This document shows positions 49,138-63,020 of a DNA stretch of 64,000 nt, piece by piece. The DNA is from Octopus sinensis (taxonomy: Eukaryota). The notes beneath the pieces were generated by a model. It did not search any database and was not told the origin of the DNA. It was given only the letters and a program-made list of their open reading frames with translations. Position numbers and translations under genes: made by a program. The number at the start of each line of letters is the position of its first letter. The stretch's first letter is position 1. The DNA lies in contig NC_043005.1 of the NCBI RefSeq assembly GCF_006345805.1, positions 2,728,001-2,792,000 of the forward strand, written 5' to 3'.

Positions 49138-49505
49138 TTCATCCAAAACTGGGACCACGGGCCATACGTCCCCTGCCCAATTCAAGATCACAGCATACCT
49201 GTACACAGCAACATAATTTCTTTTCCTCAACAGGCCCTGTCCTATTTAACATTGTCCCGAAAGAGATCAAAGAGGAACAGGATCCCATCAACTTTAAACG
49301 GAGTCTGGATAGATTCCTTCAAGAAATACCAGATAAGCCAACCATAATTGGATACAACTCACCCAACAAAAACTCACTACTTGAATGGACCATAAACAAA
49401 ACTTGACTTAAACAGGATTTAGATAATCCTATCAGGTGGTGCTATTAAGTTAGACATGGCCTGGACCAATCTTTGGTCGAAACATATCTAAGTTTATCTT
49501 AGTTT
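49138..49505 (+). mobile_element. 3' fragment of a second CR1-like LINE group
   Basis: HPKLGPRAI...GPVLFNIVP...FKRSLDRFLQEIPDKP is homologous to 62660-62900; same 3' box. Confidence 0.85.
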
Positions 49506-49690
49506 ATGTATATATGTATATGTATATATGTATATATGTATATATGTATATGTATATGTATATATGTATATGTGCATATGTGTATATGTATATGTATATG
49601 TGTATGTGTATATGTATATGTATATGTGTATATGTATATATATGTATATATATATATATATATATCTGTATATATATATATCTGTATATA

Positions 49691-49729
<39 letters not shown>

Positions 49730-49731
49730 AC

Positions 49732-49822
<91 letters not shown>

Positions 49823-49905
49823 CAATAATAAATATTAGGGAATGAATCCAAAATTACAGGGAAAAATCAGATTTAGGGTTAATCCAATTTTATAGTAAAA
49901 TATTA

Positions 49906-49983
49906 TATAATATAATTCGAGACAAAACCACTATTTTAAAACCAAACAAGAAAAGACTTAATCAATACATAAAATTTTAATAT

Positions 49984-50021
<38 letters not shown>

Positions 50022-50183
50022 TATTATTTATTTTATTTATTTATTTATTTATTTATTTATTTTATTTATTTAATTTATATTAAAATTTTATGTATTATTT
50101 AATTTATATTAAAATTTTATGTATTGATTAAGTCTTTTCTTGTTTGGTTTTAAAATAGTGGTTTTGTCTCGAATTATATTATA
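49906..50183. repeat. Perfect 80-bp inverted repeat around an (ATTT)n spacer
   Basis: 49906-49985 is the reverse complement of 50104-50183. Confidence 0.92.
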
Positions 50184-50220
50184 TTATATATATATATATT
50201 ATATATATATATATATATAC

Positions 50221-50416
50221 ATATCGCCCACCAGATGGTCCAAACCACATAGGCAAGTTTGAAGATTGCCTCACAAGAATTAAAGAAATCCTCATGAAAC
50301 TGGAACACCACGTGACCATATTTCTTATGGGTGATTTCTACTTCCCCAACGTCAAATGGTCCAAAGGTCTCATACTCTCAGGAATGAATCATTGCAAGCA
50401 AGTACAGGTGGAGTCC
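50221..50416 (+). mobile_element. APE-region fragment of the 46.2-kb LINE family
   Basis: YRPPDGPN...LMGDFYFPNVKW; the last about 87 bp nearly match 46212-46298. Confidence 0.85.
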
Positions 50417-51934
50417 AAGTTATATCTTGATATCGCTAGTGATAACAATACTCAAAATATATAACAGACTGGAATTGTAGGCCCGTCTCTTGCAATTTCG
50501 ATCAATTGGATCTTGTCCTCCCTCTTGTATTGAAGTGTACGGCTCCAGCGAAATTCATTTTTGGACTTTCTTCTATCGAAGGCATTTTAACAAAAATGCT
50601 TCCGTAAAGACGTGAAAATATTGTCAATTTCCCCAAACAGGGACAGAATTCAATTTTTAAACAATAACCAAAGCCCCTTCTCCAAAAGGGGGAGTGTAAC
50701 GGTTTACAATTATTTAACAAATGCAACACAACAACGTTTCCCTGACGAGGAACCAACAAATGTGATTACAATAGCCAAACAGTAACAATAATAACAACAA
50801 ACCTTTTTAATTTATCCCCATTTATGTGAAACCACTTATTCAAGTTCAAGTCATTGATGCAATATTATACGAATTGTTAATACGCACACACACATAATAA
50901 GGGTGAAAACTTGAATATTAATTTGATTAATATGAATTAAAAACCACTGGTGTAGCATATAAGACCATAGCGGATCTTCTTCTAGCAAAATGGATGACCA
51001 CTGTTAATGGTTCATCCCTGTTATATAATACTTTCACTTTAATAGTTTCGGTATTAAAGTGAAAGTGTCTGCATTACAATAGAGAGATGTTTTTGTTTCA
51101 CTTTTAACACCTAATACTGAAATAGTGGAGAAGATATGATATTGCTGTGGGGTCGCCGATGACACTCCCCGGACCTTAAGTAAGGCATGTGTAAAATTTG
51201 AATGAAATTGGTTGTGTAGTTCTCAAGTTTTAGGGAAACATACAGACAGACACACATTCTCAGTTTTATATATTAGAGAGATAACAAGGTTGTATTAAAA
51301 GACAAGGGATTCAGGCAGAAGGCATTAGTTTCGCACCAATAAGCTGTAGGTCATAATTAGTTGTGAAAAGATTACAAAACGTAGTTGTCGTAATTACGAG
51401 AAAAATGTTTTAATTTTGTTGACAAAGGAAAATGACAGCTTCCTTTCAAATTGTTTTCAACTCAGATAGTTTTTGTCATTTGTTCCAAAATATTTCAAGC
51501 AAATGTTTTCGTTATTAGGTCAACTCTGATCTGTTCGTGCTGTAACATCCAACAAAGCTCGTTGTATTGGGGGCGACCTCTTATATAAGTGTTTATTTGT
51601 TTTTTTATCTCTCTCGATGCGTTCCAGTGATCAGAAATGATACTGTGTGTGTGTATGGGTGGGTTGTATGTTTGTACATGCGTTGCCTTCTCTACCCCAA
51701 CCGTCTACTTATGTCCCTGGAGCGTCAACTCTTTCCCGATTGATCTATCATCGTAGCAATATCTCACTTAAAGATGCTGTCTGAATGTGTGGCTGTAAGA
51801 CATATTGCTCTAAATTGCCTGTCGTAACCTGACGCCTTCCTTATAATGATTTTGCAGGAGTTGGCAGCGGAAATAATTCTCCAGCTTTTCCCCTGGCATA
51901 TTTGCCTTCTTACTGTCTCATATCACTAATATTA

Positions 51935-51976
<42 letters not shown>

Positions 51977-52128
51977 ACAAAACTATATACCTCGGCTTCC
52001 TTTCCTCACCAGTGCCACTCCAATGCCACTCCATATATTTCTACACGTTTACGACAAATCAATTTTACAATTTACTAAACTATATTTTGACTGAAACAAT
52101 CACCACAATATATAAAGCATTCTGTCTT

Positions 52129-52164
<36 letters not shown>

Positions 52165-52165
<1 letters not shown>

Positions 52166-54010
52166 AGTGGTGGGCACAGCTAACCAAAATGTTAGCTTCG
52201 CAAGCGCTAAACCGCAAAGAGATGAAAAAAAAAATTAGCGGAAGATAATGCTATCTGATTACTAACGTTTTATCCTATGAATTTAGTTTCGGTTTCTTTG
52301 TTTTTTGGCTCAAAACCCCTTAAAAACAGACCTAGGCAGCTGAAATTTTCATGTTGTAGCTTAGACATTGAGCCTTCCAAAAAGGTATAGCATGCCAAGA
52401 TCAGATTATGATCAAGATGTGGACAGATAATTAAATGAACAAATGAAATTAAACATTAGTTTTTCAGTCTAAATACACTTTATTTATTGTACAAAAAGTA
52501 TAAAACAAATGAGAAAAGGTATAGCATAGCACAGGTATCATGCCAAGCTCAGTTGATGATCAAGTTGTACTACTCTGGCTGGGCCGTGTCTATCACCTGA
52601 ATGTGATGCTGGTTGCCCTTCATATGCATCAGCCTCTCAAAGAGTTACCATCTGACAGAGTGGTTCTCTTAGCCCTCAAAATATCTTTGCCTAAAGAGAA
52701 TAGACACCCAACTGCAGAACTGGATGAGATGGTGGTGTTATACTTGGTGAACAGGTCAATGAAGACCTGCTCACCCCAAAAGGGCGACTTCCGTCAGGAC
52801 CTCCTCCGAGACGGCCTCCAGCCAGGTCATCACCAAGTTCTGCACCTTGGATTTCAGTGACCTGTGGCTCCTGCTCTCCCGGAACCGAGTGATGTTGCTG
52901 AAGAAATCCTCTTCCTCATCCTCATTGCTAGTTGTGCTGCTGCCCTCCTCATTGGTCTCCATTACGGCTGTCTCTACTGCGGTCTCCATGGCGTTCGTTA
53001 CTCTGCTAACCTGGCTGTTATTAAACAGCTCCAGTCAGAACAGGTGAAACTTGGGGTGGAAGGTAGCGGCCAGCTGGTACTCCATATCTTCTGGGAGAAG
53101 CCCAAACCTTCTCGTGCTGCCTGCCAGTATCACATCTACCAGGGGACTGCAGTAGAAGAGATGTCTGAACATGGTCTCCTTCAACTTCATGACTGTAGCT
53201 GCCACAGTTGGCAGAGAGCTCCCGAGATGGGCCTGGTTCTCCCGCCGGATTTTATCCAAGGCCTTGGCAACATTAGGCATCACCTGGGCGTTCTCCGTCA
53301 GAAAGCCGACATCAGAATCAATGAAGGTCTGCTGCTTCAGCTGTGTCGTCACCCTGTTGATAGCTCCCCTATTCTTCTCTTGCAGGATCTGGAGGACAAC
53401 AGCAGTGTCATAGGTAGAGTTCCATCTGCTACAGTTGGAGACTACCAGCCACCTCTTCAACGCGTCCAGAATGTTGTCTGCCGCCACCATGCTGCAGCTC
53501 TGCAGATTCCACAACCGTTGTGCCTTGAACTTAGCCTTCCTGTAGACCGACTTGAACGAAACGCTATCAAAAGCCTTGTCGGTATCTATGCTGGCTACCA
53601 AGTTGAAGGTGTGGGCTGTGCACTTCAAGTGCACTGGCAGGTTTAGGCCCAGGCCGCTGGACTCGTCGAGGATGGCATCAACAGAGATGTACTCAACTTC
53701 GTCTACATCCTCAGCCTCGGGATCCACGTCCAGGGCCACACCCTCGACGCCCCCATACGGTAGGATCGGCAGCAGCATCAGAAATGTGTGGCAAGAGTTC
53801 AGCTTCTGTACCAAACTGCATAAATGCCTTAACAAACCGTTGTCCGTCGGATGGAACTTGTAATGGGTATCTTGCGGATGGGATTTGTAATGCGTGTCCA
53901 CCATGGCCTGGACGAGAACATCAAAGATGTGATGTCCGCTGAGCCGAGAGCAGGCCAGGATGACGTGTTGTCTCGTGCGGGTTTTGGGGCCTAGCTAGCG
54001 TGCCGTCATC
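52165..54010 (-). mobile_element. hAT transposon 3' half, GC-rich, one terminus retained
   Basis: CTAHTFNL, SRWNSTY, LAATFHPKF and a dimerisation-domain remnant (SSSAVGCLFSLGKDILRAKRTTLSD..FERLMHMKGN); terminus TAGTGGTGGGCAC at 52165. Confidence 0.88.
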
Positions 54011-54123
54011 TGTATCTGTAAATAAAAAATGTTAAAGTGTGAAGAGACATACGTTGTAAAGTTAAAAACTTAAAATTATATATATATACATATTTATATA
54101 TATATATACATATAAACATATAC

Positions 54124-54191
<68 letters not shown>

Positions 54192-54208
54192 AACATATAA
54201 ACATATAC

Positions 54209-54254
<46 letters not shown>

Positions 54255-54726
54255 GGAGGATATGTTAACCTCGCGAAGTATTGATTCAATACTTAGCATT
54301 GTTGGGGAATGAAATTCCCCGAAAACAGTTGGTATATATTAAGCATATAGTTTATATTCAGTTAAAAGAAGAGAAAAAAAATGGAGATAAGGAAGTTAAC
54401 AATTACTTAGTATGAACATATTGGTCATCTCGGCTTCTTACAGCCTTTTCAATTAATACTCAATAATTCAATTACAAATTTGTACATTAAATTTACATTT
54501 ATGTGAAATGAGTATAATTTCATCAAAGAAAAAACGATGCAATTTGAGATGTTAAAAGTGGGTCAACCAATTCATTTCAGCGGACTGTGAACATTTCGGT
54601 TTATTATTAGATGCTCGGGTGAAGGGTTTACAGATTGATTAGAATTTGATTAGGGACGAAGTAAAATAAAGTAAAAATGGAGATGATTGAGGAAAGAGAA
54701 ACATAAATAAGGTAAATTTATAGTCA

Positions 54727-55110
54727 ACTAGCAGTATCGCCTGGCGTTGCTCGGGTTTGTTTCGACCCTTTAGAATTGGAATTTTTGAAAAATATGTAGC
54801 TTGTTATTCTCTTTAAGTGAACATTTTTCTGGTTGAAATACACCGAAAAATGGCGACACAGCACTCAAAAAATCGTAAAAAATGGGGATTTTCATAGAAA
54901 AAAAACCCCACCTTTTTGATGTAAATAATTTTTGGTGTTAACATGGTCCGATTTGAATTTTTTATTCTACGGAAGGAAGAGCAAGTCTTCTTCTATCATA
55001 CTCTCAATTTTGGTCAACTTGCGCCGCAGGGTCTCGGAGGAGATAGTGTTAATTGAAGGCTACCAAACCTGCCATACATAGACAACTTCAGCTTCATATA
55101 TATATAGAGA
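54727..55110 (+). mobile_element. Non-autonomous Helitron/Helentron-like element
   Basis: ACTAGCAGTATCGCCTGGCGTTGCTCGGG 5' end; ACAACTTCAGCTTCATATATATATAGA 3' end. Confidence 0.55.
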
Positions 55111-55369
55111 CTAGCTGGAACTGAAAAATGCACGGAAAATATAAAAAATGTAAGTATCTATAAATTGTGTGCTGGTGCCATGAGTAATGTCTCAATATTG
55201 TGACAGTTACAGAATATAGAAAGAAGTGTAAAACTGATAACTATATACTCAACCAAAATATCTCAGTTACACAAACATAAACAGAATTACTATTTAGACT
55301 TAAAATACATCGTACCTATTTAAAGAGCCTTCTTGGTTTAGTGGTTCGGAACGTTCTTCTGGTATTTTT

Positions 55370-55584
55370 TTCTTCTTTTACTTGTTTCAGTCATTTGACG
55401 GTGGCCATGCTGAAGCACCACCCTTTAATTGAAGAAATCGACCACCTGGACTTATTCCCTGTAAGCCTGGTGCTTATTCTATCGGTTACTTCTGCCGAAC
55501 AGCTAAGTTACAGGGATGCAAACACACCAACATCGGTTGCCAGGCAATAGCAGTGGGGCGGACAAACATACACACACACACACA

Positions 55585-55615
<31 letters not shown>

Positions 55616-55618
55616 CAC

Positions 55619-55660
<42 letters not shown>

Positions 55661-56050
55661 AATTAAGATAGGGGTTGCAAATTCAACCCTATGGCCGAAA
55701 CAGCTGTAAGATATAGTGTATATTTATATTTATATCCATTTTTATTTATTTATATCCTCTTATAATGATTGTACCTATTGTATTGTATTACTCATTCATG
55801 TACGCTGTTTTGTTCTATATTTTTATGTTTAACCTTAATGTTCTTATGTAGTGGTTCAATAAAGTATGTGATTGGGTATTATCTGGTAGTTGATTAATGA
55901 TTTAGATGTATTTCTCCATTTTCTTATTTTGTATATATATATATATATGACGGGTTTCTTCCAGTTTCCGTCCACCAAATTCACTCACGAGGCTTTGTTC
56001 GTCCCGCGGTTATAGTAGAAGACACTCTCTAAAGTATAGAGCTGGATTTC
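55370..56050 (-). mobile_element. CORE-like SINE family C, split by microsatellites and AT-rich sequence
   Basis: Reverse tail at 55370-55560 and reverse core at 55950-56050. Confidence 0.7.
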
Positions 56051-56429
56051 GTGTACCCACCTGTTGGCACATTTTCTCCCCCACCCATTTTGTAGGGGGT
56101 TTTACCCATTTTTCGGGGCTCTTTTCACAGCTATACCCCGTTCGAAATTTGCATTAGTTTTTGTTAAAAAAAAAAAAAAAAAAGCGGAAGGGAGTGGGGC
56201 TTTGTTGGTAGTTTGTAGAGAAAACGTTAAACATGCATGAAAAATGTCTTTCCCCCTCAACACGAAGAACTTTGAGAGAAGGCGAATAAGTACCGGGGGA
56301 GGGGGAAAGAAGAGAGAACTAACACTCGAACGTTCTAGAACTCCCAGAATAAAAACGAAAACACCTGAAAGACTTTCCCTCTTTCCATTACTAAATGTCT
56401 TTCCCTCTTTTTCATTGTTAAAAGTGGGT

Positions 56430-56813
56430 GGAAGCACTCCGTCGGTTACGACGACGAGGGTTCCGGTTGGTCCGATCAACAGAACAGCCTGCTCGTAAAA
56501 TTAACGTGTAAGTGGCTGAGCACTCCACAGACACGTGCACCCTTAAAGCAGTTCTCGGGGATATTCAGCGTGACACAGAGAGTGACAAGGCCGGCCCTTT
56601 GAAAATACAGGTACAACAGAAATAGGAAGTAAGAGTGAGAGAAAGTTGTGGTGAAAGAGTACAGCAGGGATCACCACCATTCCCTGCCGGAGCCTCGTGG
56701 AGCTTTAGGTGTTTTCGCTCAATAAACACTCACAACGCCCGGTCTGGGAATCGAAACCGCGATCCTACGACCGCGAGTCCGCTGCCCTAACCACTGGGCC
56801 ATTGCGCCTCCAC
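56430..56813 (-). mobile_element. tRNA-Arg-like-head SINE (OR-type) joined to a family D body
   Basis: GTGGAGGCGCAATGGCCCAGTGGTTAGGGCAGCGGACTCGCGGTCGTAGGATCGCGGTTTCGATTCC with boxes A and B. Confidence 0.85.
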
Positions 56814-58509
56814 AATTGTTAAAAGTAAAGAAGCGAGAAAAGATCGATCGTATTTCAGTCTGTCATTTTAAATGACTGACATATTCCTTTGTCTCTGTCG
56901 CTTCACACTTTTCCCTACGGTTAAGAAAGTGACGTTGCGTGGCTCCGTGGTTAGGGGTATTCGGCCCACGATCGTAAAGTCATGTGTACGATTCTTTGCG
57001 GTGCACTGTGTTCTTGAGCAAGATACTCTACTTCACCTTGCTGCAGTCCACTCAGTTGGTAAAGATGAGTTGTTGCTGTAATTCAAAGGGACCAGCCTTG
57101 TCGCATTCTGTGTGACGGTGACAGACAGACAGAATATATATATATATGAGAGAAAACTGGCAAAAAGTGACATGATTGACCACAAGCGAACCAACAATTA
57201 AAGGCGTTCCACCCATGACTACCTCATTTTGCAGATATCTAAAACTACTTTATTTACTGTATCCCTCTGATGACGATTTGACTTCTATTTTTAGCAGCCA
57301 CTTTGCTACGCCCTTATTAGCCCGATCGGAAGGTATGAATGAGGAAAGTGAGTAGGAGGAAGGAAAATACGGACACGGCATGAGATTGGCTGAGAGAGAG
57401 TGGGAGAGTGGGAATGAGTGGGAGTATAAGTGTTGAAAGGGAGAGTTGAGTGAGAGGTGAGTGACGAGACATGACAGTGAGAAAGAGATAGAAAAAGGTA
57501 GGTTAAAGAAATTAGTGATAGTGTGAGGGAGTTTATATGAGATAAAGTGAAAGGGGCAGAGTTATTATATACGTGACTTTATGAAAGAATTAATGAGAGG
57601 AGGAGAATAGTGGGAGAGAGGGAGAAGATAAACAGAGAGAGTGAGAGAGAAGCGCAAATAAAAATGGAGAGAGAGAAAAGAGAAATGCGGAAGGAGGAAA
57701 AAGGAAAGTGACGGAGAGAGAGAGAGAGAGAGAGATAAAGAATATGATGCGCTGATGGTGAGAATCATGGATATAGAATTGTGTGTGGGCGTGCGTGTGT
57801 GTCTGTATGTGTGTGTGTGTGCGTGTGTTTATTATTAATGACAAGGTAAGTTGATGTGGTGAATGCATTTGGCTAAACAGCGACATCAGTTCTTTGTCGA
57901 ATCCCGCGAACAATTTTACACTCGACTCTTTTTTAACCTGGCAGCAGAGGAGGAAGAAGAAGAGAAAGAGAAAGAGAAAGAGAAGCAAATTCTTCTCCCT
58001 CTTTCTTTCCTTACTTGCTTGCTTTCTCTTTCTTTCTTTCTTCTTTCTTCTTCTCTTCATACATTCATTATTCTTTCTTTCTTTCTTCATTATCTTCTCT
58101 CCCCCCTCTCTCTCTCTGTTTCTTTCTCCTCTCCTTCATCAATGCCGCTTGTTTGTTCTTCGCATTTGTCGTTGTCGTCGTCGTCGTCATAATCGTTGTG
58201 TGAGATAGACAGAGTGAAAGAGAGAGACAGGGAAAGTGAAATGCAAAGAAGAAGAAGAAGACGAAGGACGAAAAGGGGAAGGATGATGGTGGTGGCTGTG
58301 TGGTTAAGAAATTCGTTCGCCGGCAACTCGGCTTCGGGGTTCGCTCCTGCAACGCGGCTCACCACTTTCCAATGAAATGTTTTCGCCGAAGAAGAGAGAA
58401 AGATACCTCAGGTGGCGATGGTGGTGAGGGTCTCCAAATATGGTAATGTCGTTAAGGAAGGCCAATAGGATCATAAACACAACCGTATTAAATAACCTCA
58501 ACATCGCAA

Positions 58510-58587
58510 ATGTATGTATGTACGTATGTATGTATGTATGTATGTATGTTTGTATGTATGTATGTATGTATGTATGTATGTATGTGC

Positions 58588-58618
<31 letters not shown>

Positions 58619-59544
58619 TGTATGTTTGTATGTATGTATGTATGTGTGTGTATGTATGTATGTATGTATGTATGTGCATATGTATGTATGTATGTGTGTA
58701 TGTATGTATGTATGTATGTATGTTTGTATGTATGTATGTATGTGTGTGTATGTATGTATGTATGTATGTATGTATGTATGTATGTATGTATGTATGTATG
58801 TATGTATGTATGTTTGTATGTATGTATGTATGTATGTATGTATGTATGTATGTATGTATGTATGTATGTATGTGCATATGTATGTATCTTTGTGTGTATG
58901 TATGTATGTATGTATGTATGTATGTTTGTATGTATGTATGTATGTATGTATGTATGTATGTATGTATGTATGTATGTTTGTATGTATGTATGTATGTATG
59001 TATGTGCATATGTATGTATGTATGTATGTATGTATGTGCATATGTATGTATGTATGTGTGTATGTATGTATGTATGTATGTATGTTTGTATGTATGTATG
59101 TATGTATGTATGTGCATATGTATGTATGTATGTGTGTATGTATGTATGTATGTATGTATGTTTGTATGTATGTATGTATGTATGTATGTGCATATGTATG
59201 TATGTATGTGTGTATGTATGTATGTATGTATGTATGTATGTATGTATGTATGTATGTATGTTTGTATGTATGTATGTATGTATGTATGTATGTGCATATG
59301 TATGTATGTATGTGTATGTATGTATGTGCATATGTATGTAGTATGTGTGTATGTATGTATGTATGTATGTATGTTTGTATGTATGTATGTATGTGTGTAT
59401 GTATGTATGTATGTATGTATGTATGTTTGTATGTATGTATGTATGTATGTATGTGCATATGTATGTATGTATGTGTGTATGTATGTATGTATGTATGTAT
59501 GTATGTATGTATGTATGTATGTATGTATGTATGTATGTATGTGC

Positions 59545-59575
<31 letters not shown>

Positions 59576-59628
59576 TGTATGTATGTATGTATGTATGTAT
59601 GTATGTGCATATGTATGTATGTATGTGC

Positions 59629-59659
<31 letters not shown>

Positions 59660-59850
59660 TGTATGTATGTATGTATGTATGTATGTATGTGCATATGTCT
59701 GTATGTATGTATGTATGTATGTATGTATGTATGTATGTATGTAGTATGTATGTGCATATGTATGTATGTATGTGCATATGTAGTATGTATGTATGTATGT
59801 ATGTATGTATGTATGTATGTATGTATGTGCATATGTATGTGTGTATATAT
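58510..59850. repeat. About 1.3-kb (TATG)n array with GTGCATATG and TTTG variants
   Basis: Directly visible. Confidence 0.98.
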
Positions 59851-59861
59851 GAATCTAGCAA

Positions 59862-62800
59862 ATGAACTGGAAAAAAACATCCGAGCTATCACCCACCGCC
59901 ATCCACCACTATCACCCCACTGCACATGCCATTAAAAAGCAATCAAATAAACAAATCACCAAAACAATTAAAACCATCCACTCTCGCCTCAACATTTCTG
60001 CTTAATGCCCAAGGTATCAGCCCTTCCACCAATACACAAAAATGGAAGATAAGATTCCTGGAGGACTGGGTCGAGGCCCATCCAACCACATCCCTTTCTT
60101 CGTCCTCACTGAAACCCATCTTAGTGACCTCCACTTGGAAGCCGAGGTGAAAGTTAAAAATTTCAAAACATTCGTGCTGATCGTGCTGGCAGAAGAAAGG
60201 GTGGGACTGCCATTTATGTCCATGATTCATTCTCAACAGAAGCCATGAACATATTTTCGAATGGATACTGCGAAGCAGTCGCTGTATTCAGTCAAACCAA
60301 CAACTTAACAGTAGTTGGGCTCTACAGACCACCCCAAACGCCCCTACCATGCTTCAAGGAATGCCTCAACAGCATAAAGTGTTTCATTCAGCAGTGTCAA
60401 CCTGACAACATTTTAATGATGGGAGATTTCAACCTTCCCGGGGTTGACTGGTCTACAAACAGTCTGCCAGGTTCTTCTCTCTCAACCCCTGACAGGGAGG
60501 CAGTGGAATCGCTTCTTGACTTCATGGATGACTTCTTCTTGTCCCAACTGGTACTCGAACCAACGAGATGTCACAAAAACGTCTTAGACTTAATTTTCAG
60601 CAATCACACTGATACTATCCACAATATTGCAGTGGAGAAAACCCTACTCTCCGACCATGACATGGTTCTCTGTGATCTGAGATTTCACTGGCCAAAATGC
60701 AAAACAAATGTCATCCCTCCTGTTCATCCATTTGACACTATGGATTTCCACAATGCAAACTGGGAAGCGATCAATAATGATCTTGCACAAGTCGATTGGT
60801 CCTTCACGCACACATACACACCCACTAACATCAAAAAGTCCTGGCAGTCACTTGTAGACACCATCACGAACATATGTGCAAGACACACCCCATTAAGATC
60901 TGCAAACAAATCTAAGTGTCGAATCCCTAGAAATAGAAAATCTCTCATAAGGAAAATTAAAAGAATCAACAAAAAGATCAACATGCTGAAATACTGTCAA
61001 CAGCAACACACCAACCTGACTGCCATCTCGTCGCTAGAGATTAAAAAACATAAACTCCAAAACAACATGATGTCTATCATCAAAGTCAGCGAAGAGCTGA
61101 AGAGGCCTGGGCCATTGAGAAGATCAAACTCAATCCCAAAGTGTTCTTTTCATTTGCAAAAAAACACAGAGTCACTGGTTCTACTGTTGGCCCTCTGATT
61201 GATGAAATGGTACTCTTCAAGACAATGCCAAAACCATGTGAGAGATATTGCAGAAACAATATTGCTCTGTTTTCAGCAATCCTGATATGACTGATCTGGG
61301 CTGTATCAGTGATGTTACTCCCCAATACACTTTATCGGACATAACATTTGGCGCTCCTGATGTCTTAGCAGCAATAAAGGAAATGAAGCATAATTCAGCA
61401 GTAGGTCCCGATAGGTTCCCTGCTTGTGTCTTGAAGATGTGTCAAAACCAACTTGCACCCCCTCTAGCCAATCTGTGGCGGAACTCATTGGATGCTGGAT
61501 ATATACCAGAAGACCTTCTATCCCAGTCTGTTGTCCCAGTTTTCAAAAAGGAAACAAATCGCTTGCCGTGAATTACCGTCCAATCTCACTCACCTCTCAT
61601 ATCATCAAGGTATTTGAGAGGGTGCTGAGATCGCGTATGACTCACTTCCTTGAGAGTCATAATATGCTGAACCCCAACCAGCATGGATTCCGTAATGGGA
61701 GAGATTGCCTGACGCAGCTACTGCATCATTTTGATGACATTTTGAGAGCCTTGGGAGAGGGTTCCAACACTGATGTCATCTACCTTGATTTCAGCAAGGC
61801 CTTTGACAGGGTTGATCATAAGATCCTTCTGAGAAAGCTGTCCAATATTGGTGTCACTGGAAAGCTGCTGCAATGGATCAAGTGCTTCCTCTCTAACAGA
61901 ACCCAACATGTTGTAGTCGAAGGAGTCAATCCAGCCCAGCCAAAGTCAGCAGTGGTGTCCCACAAGGCACTGTGTTGGGCCCACTTCTCTTCATCATCTA
62001 CATAAATGATATTACTGACACCATCAAACACAGCAACATCAGAACCTTCGCTGATGATTCCAAGCTCCAGAAGGTCATCAATGGCGTGGATGACCGAATA
62101 AACCTTCAGTCAGACCTACTGGCTGTTGTCCAATGGGCGGAAAAGAATAACATGTTGCTAAATGAAGACAAATTCGAACTGATCCACTTTGGAAGGGAGG
62201 ACGCTCTGAAACTCCCATACTCTCTTCCTTCTGGAGAAATTCTCATGGCATCCAACAACATCAGAGACCTGGGAGTAACAGTGGACAACAACATAAGCTG
62301 GGCTACACATATAAGCAGCAAAGTTGACATGTCCCGCAGAATGTGTTCCTGGATTCTCAGAACCTTCCAGTCGAGAGATTCCCACGCTATTATCCTTCTC
62401 TTCTCCACTTTTGCCCGACCCCACCTTGAATACTGCTGTCCACTGTGGTCTCCCTACACAAAACAAATATTATGAGAATTGAAGCTCCCCAAAGGTCAAT
62501 CACAAAAAAGATAGATGGCATATCAGACCTTGACTACTGGGGTAGACTAGAGAAGCTGAAATTGTATTCACTCCAACGACGCCGTGAACGCTACATTATC
62601 TGTATGATGTGGAAAATATTCCATCAGCACTGTCCGAATGATGTTGGCATCACCTTCAAAATGCATCCAAGGCTTGGACCACGTGCCATCTGTCCACAAC
62701 AAAAATCTAAATCGCATCACATAACGACAATACAGCACAACTATTTCACCTCAATTGGACCCGCTCTCTTCAACATTACACCAGGACACGTCAAAAAAGA

Positions 62801-63020
62801 AACTGACCACACAAAATTCAAGAAGTCTTTGGACAAATTCCTTCAACAGTACCGGACAACACCCACCCACACGGATATGTCTCCGCAAACAATAACCTCT
62901 GCTCGAATGGGCCTGGTGCCCAAATCCTGAACTGAAAGACTTCGCCAGGTGGTGCTATTAAGTTAGACATGGCCTGGGCCAATACTGGCCAAAAACCTTT
63001 CTAAGTTATTCTAAGTTATT
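59862..63020 (+). mobile_element. CR1-like LINE (APE plus RT), frameshifted, with complete 3' end
   Basis: LTETHL, GLYRPP, MGDFNLP, PTRCHKNVLDLIF, SDHD, NYRPISLTS, YLDFSKAFD, FADD; tail (TCTAAGTTAT)x2. Confidence 0.95.

Noticed and set aside
56325-56341. Perfect three-unit heat-shock element CTCGAACGTTCTAGAAC
   Set aside because: A rough estimate at about 36% GC gives on the order of one such match per window by chance, and no linked promoter or gene is evident.
56740-56813. tRNA-Arg gene
   Set aside because: The tRNA-like head runs straight into a SINE body and has a homologous copy at 41.3-41.5 kb; the acceptor stem is not formed.
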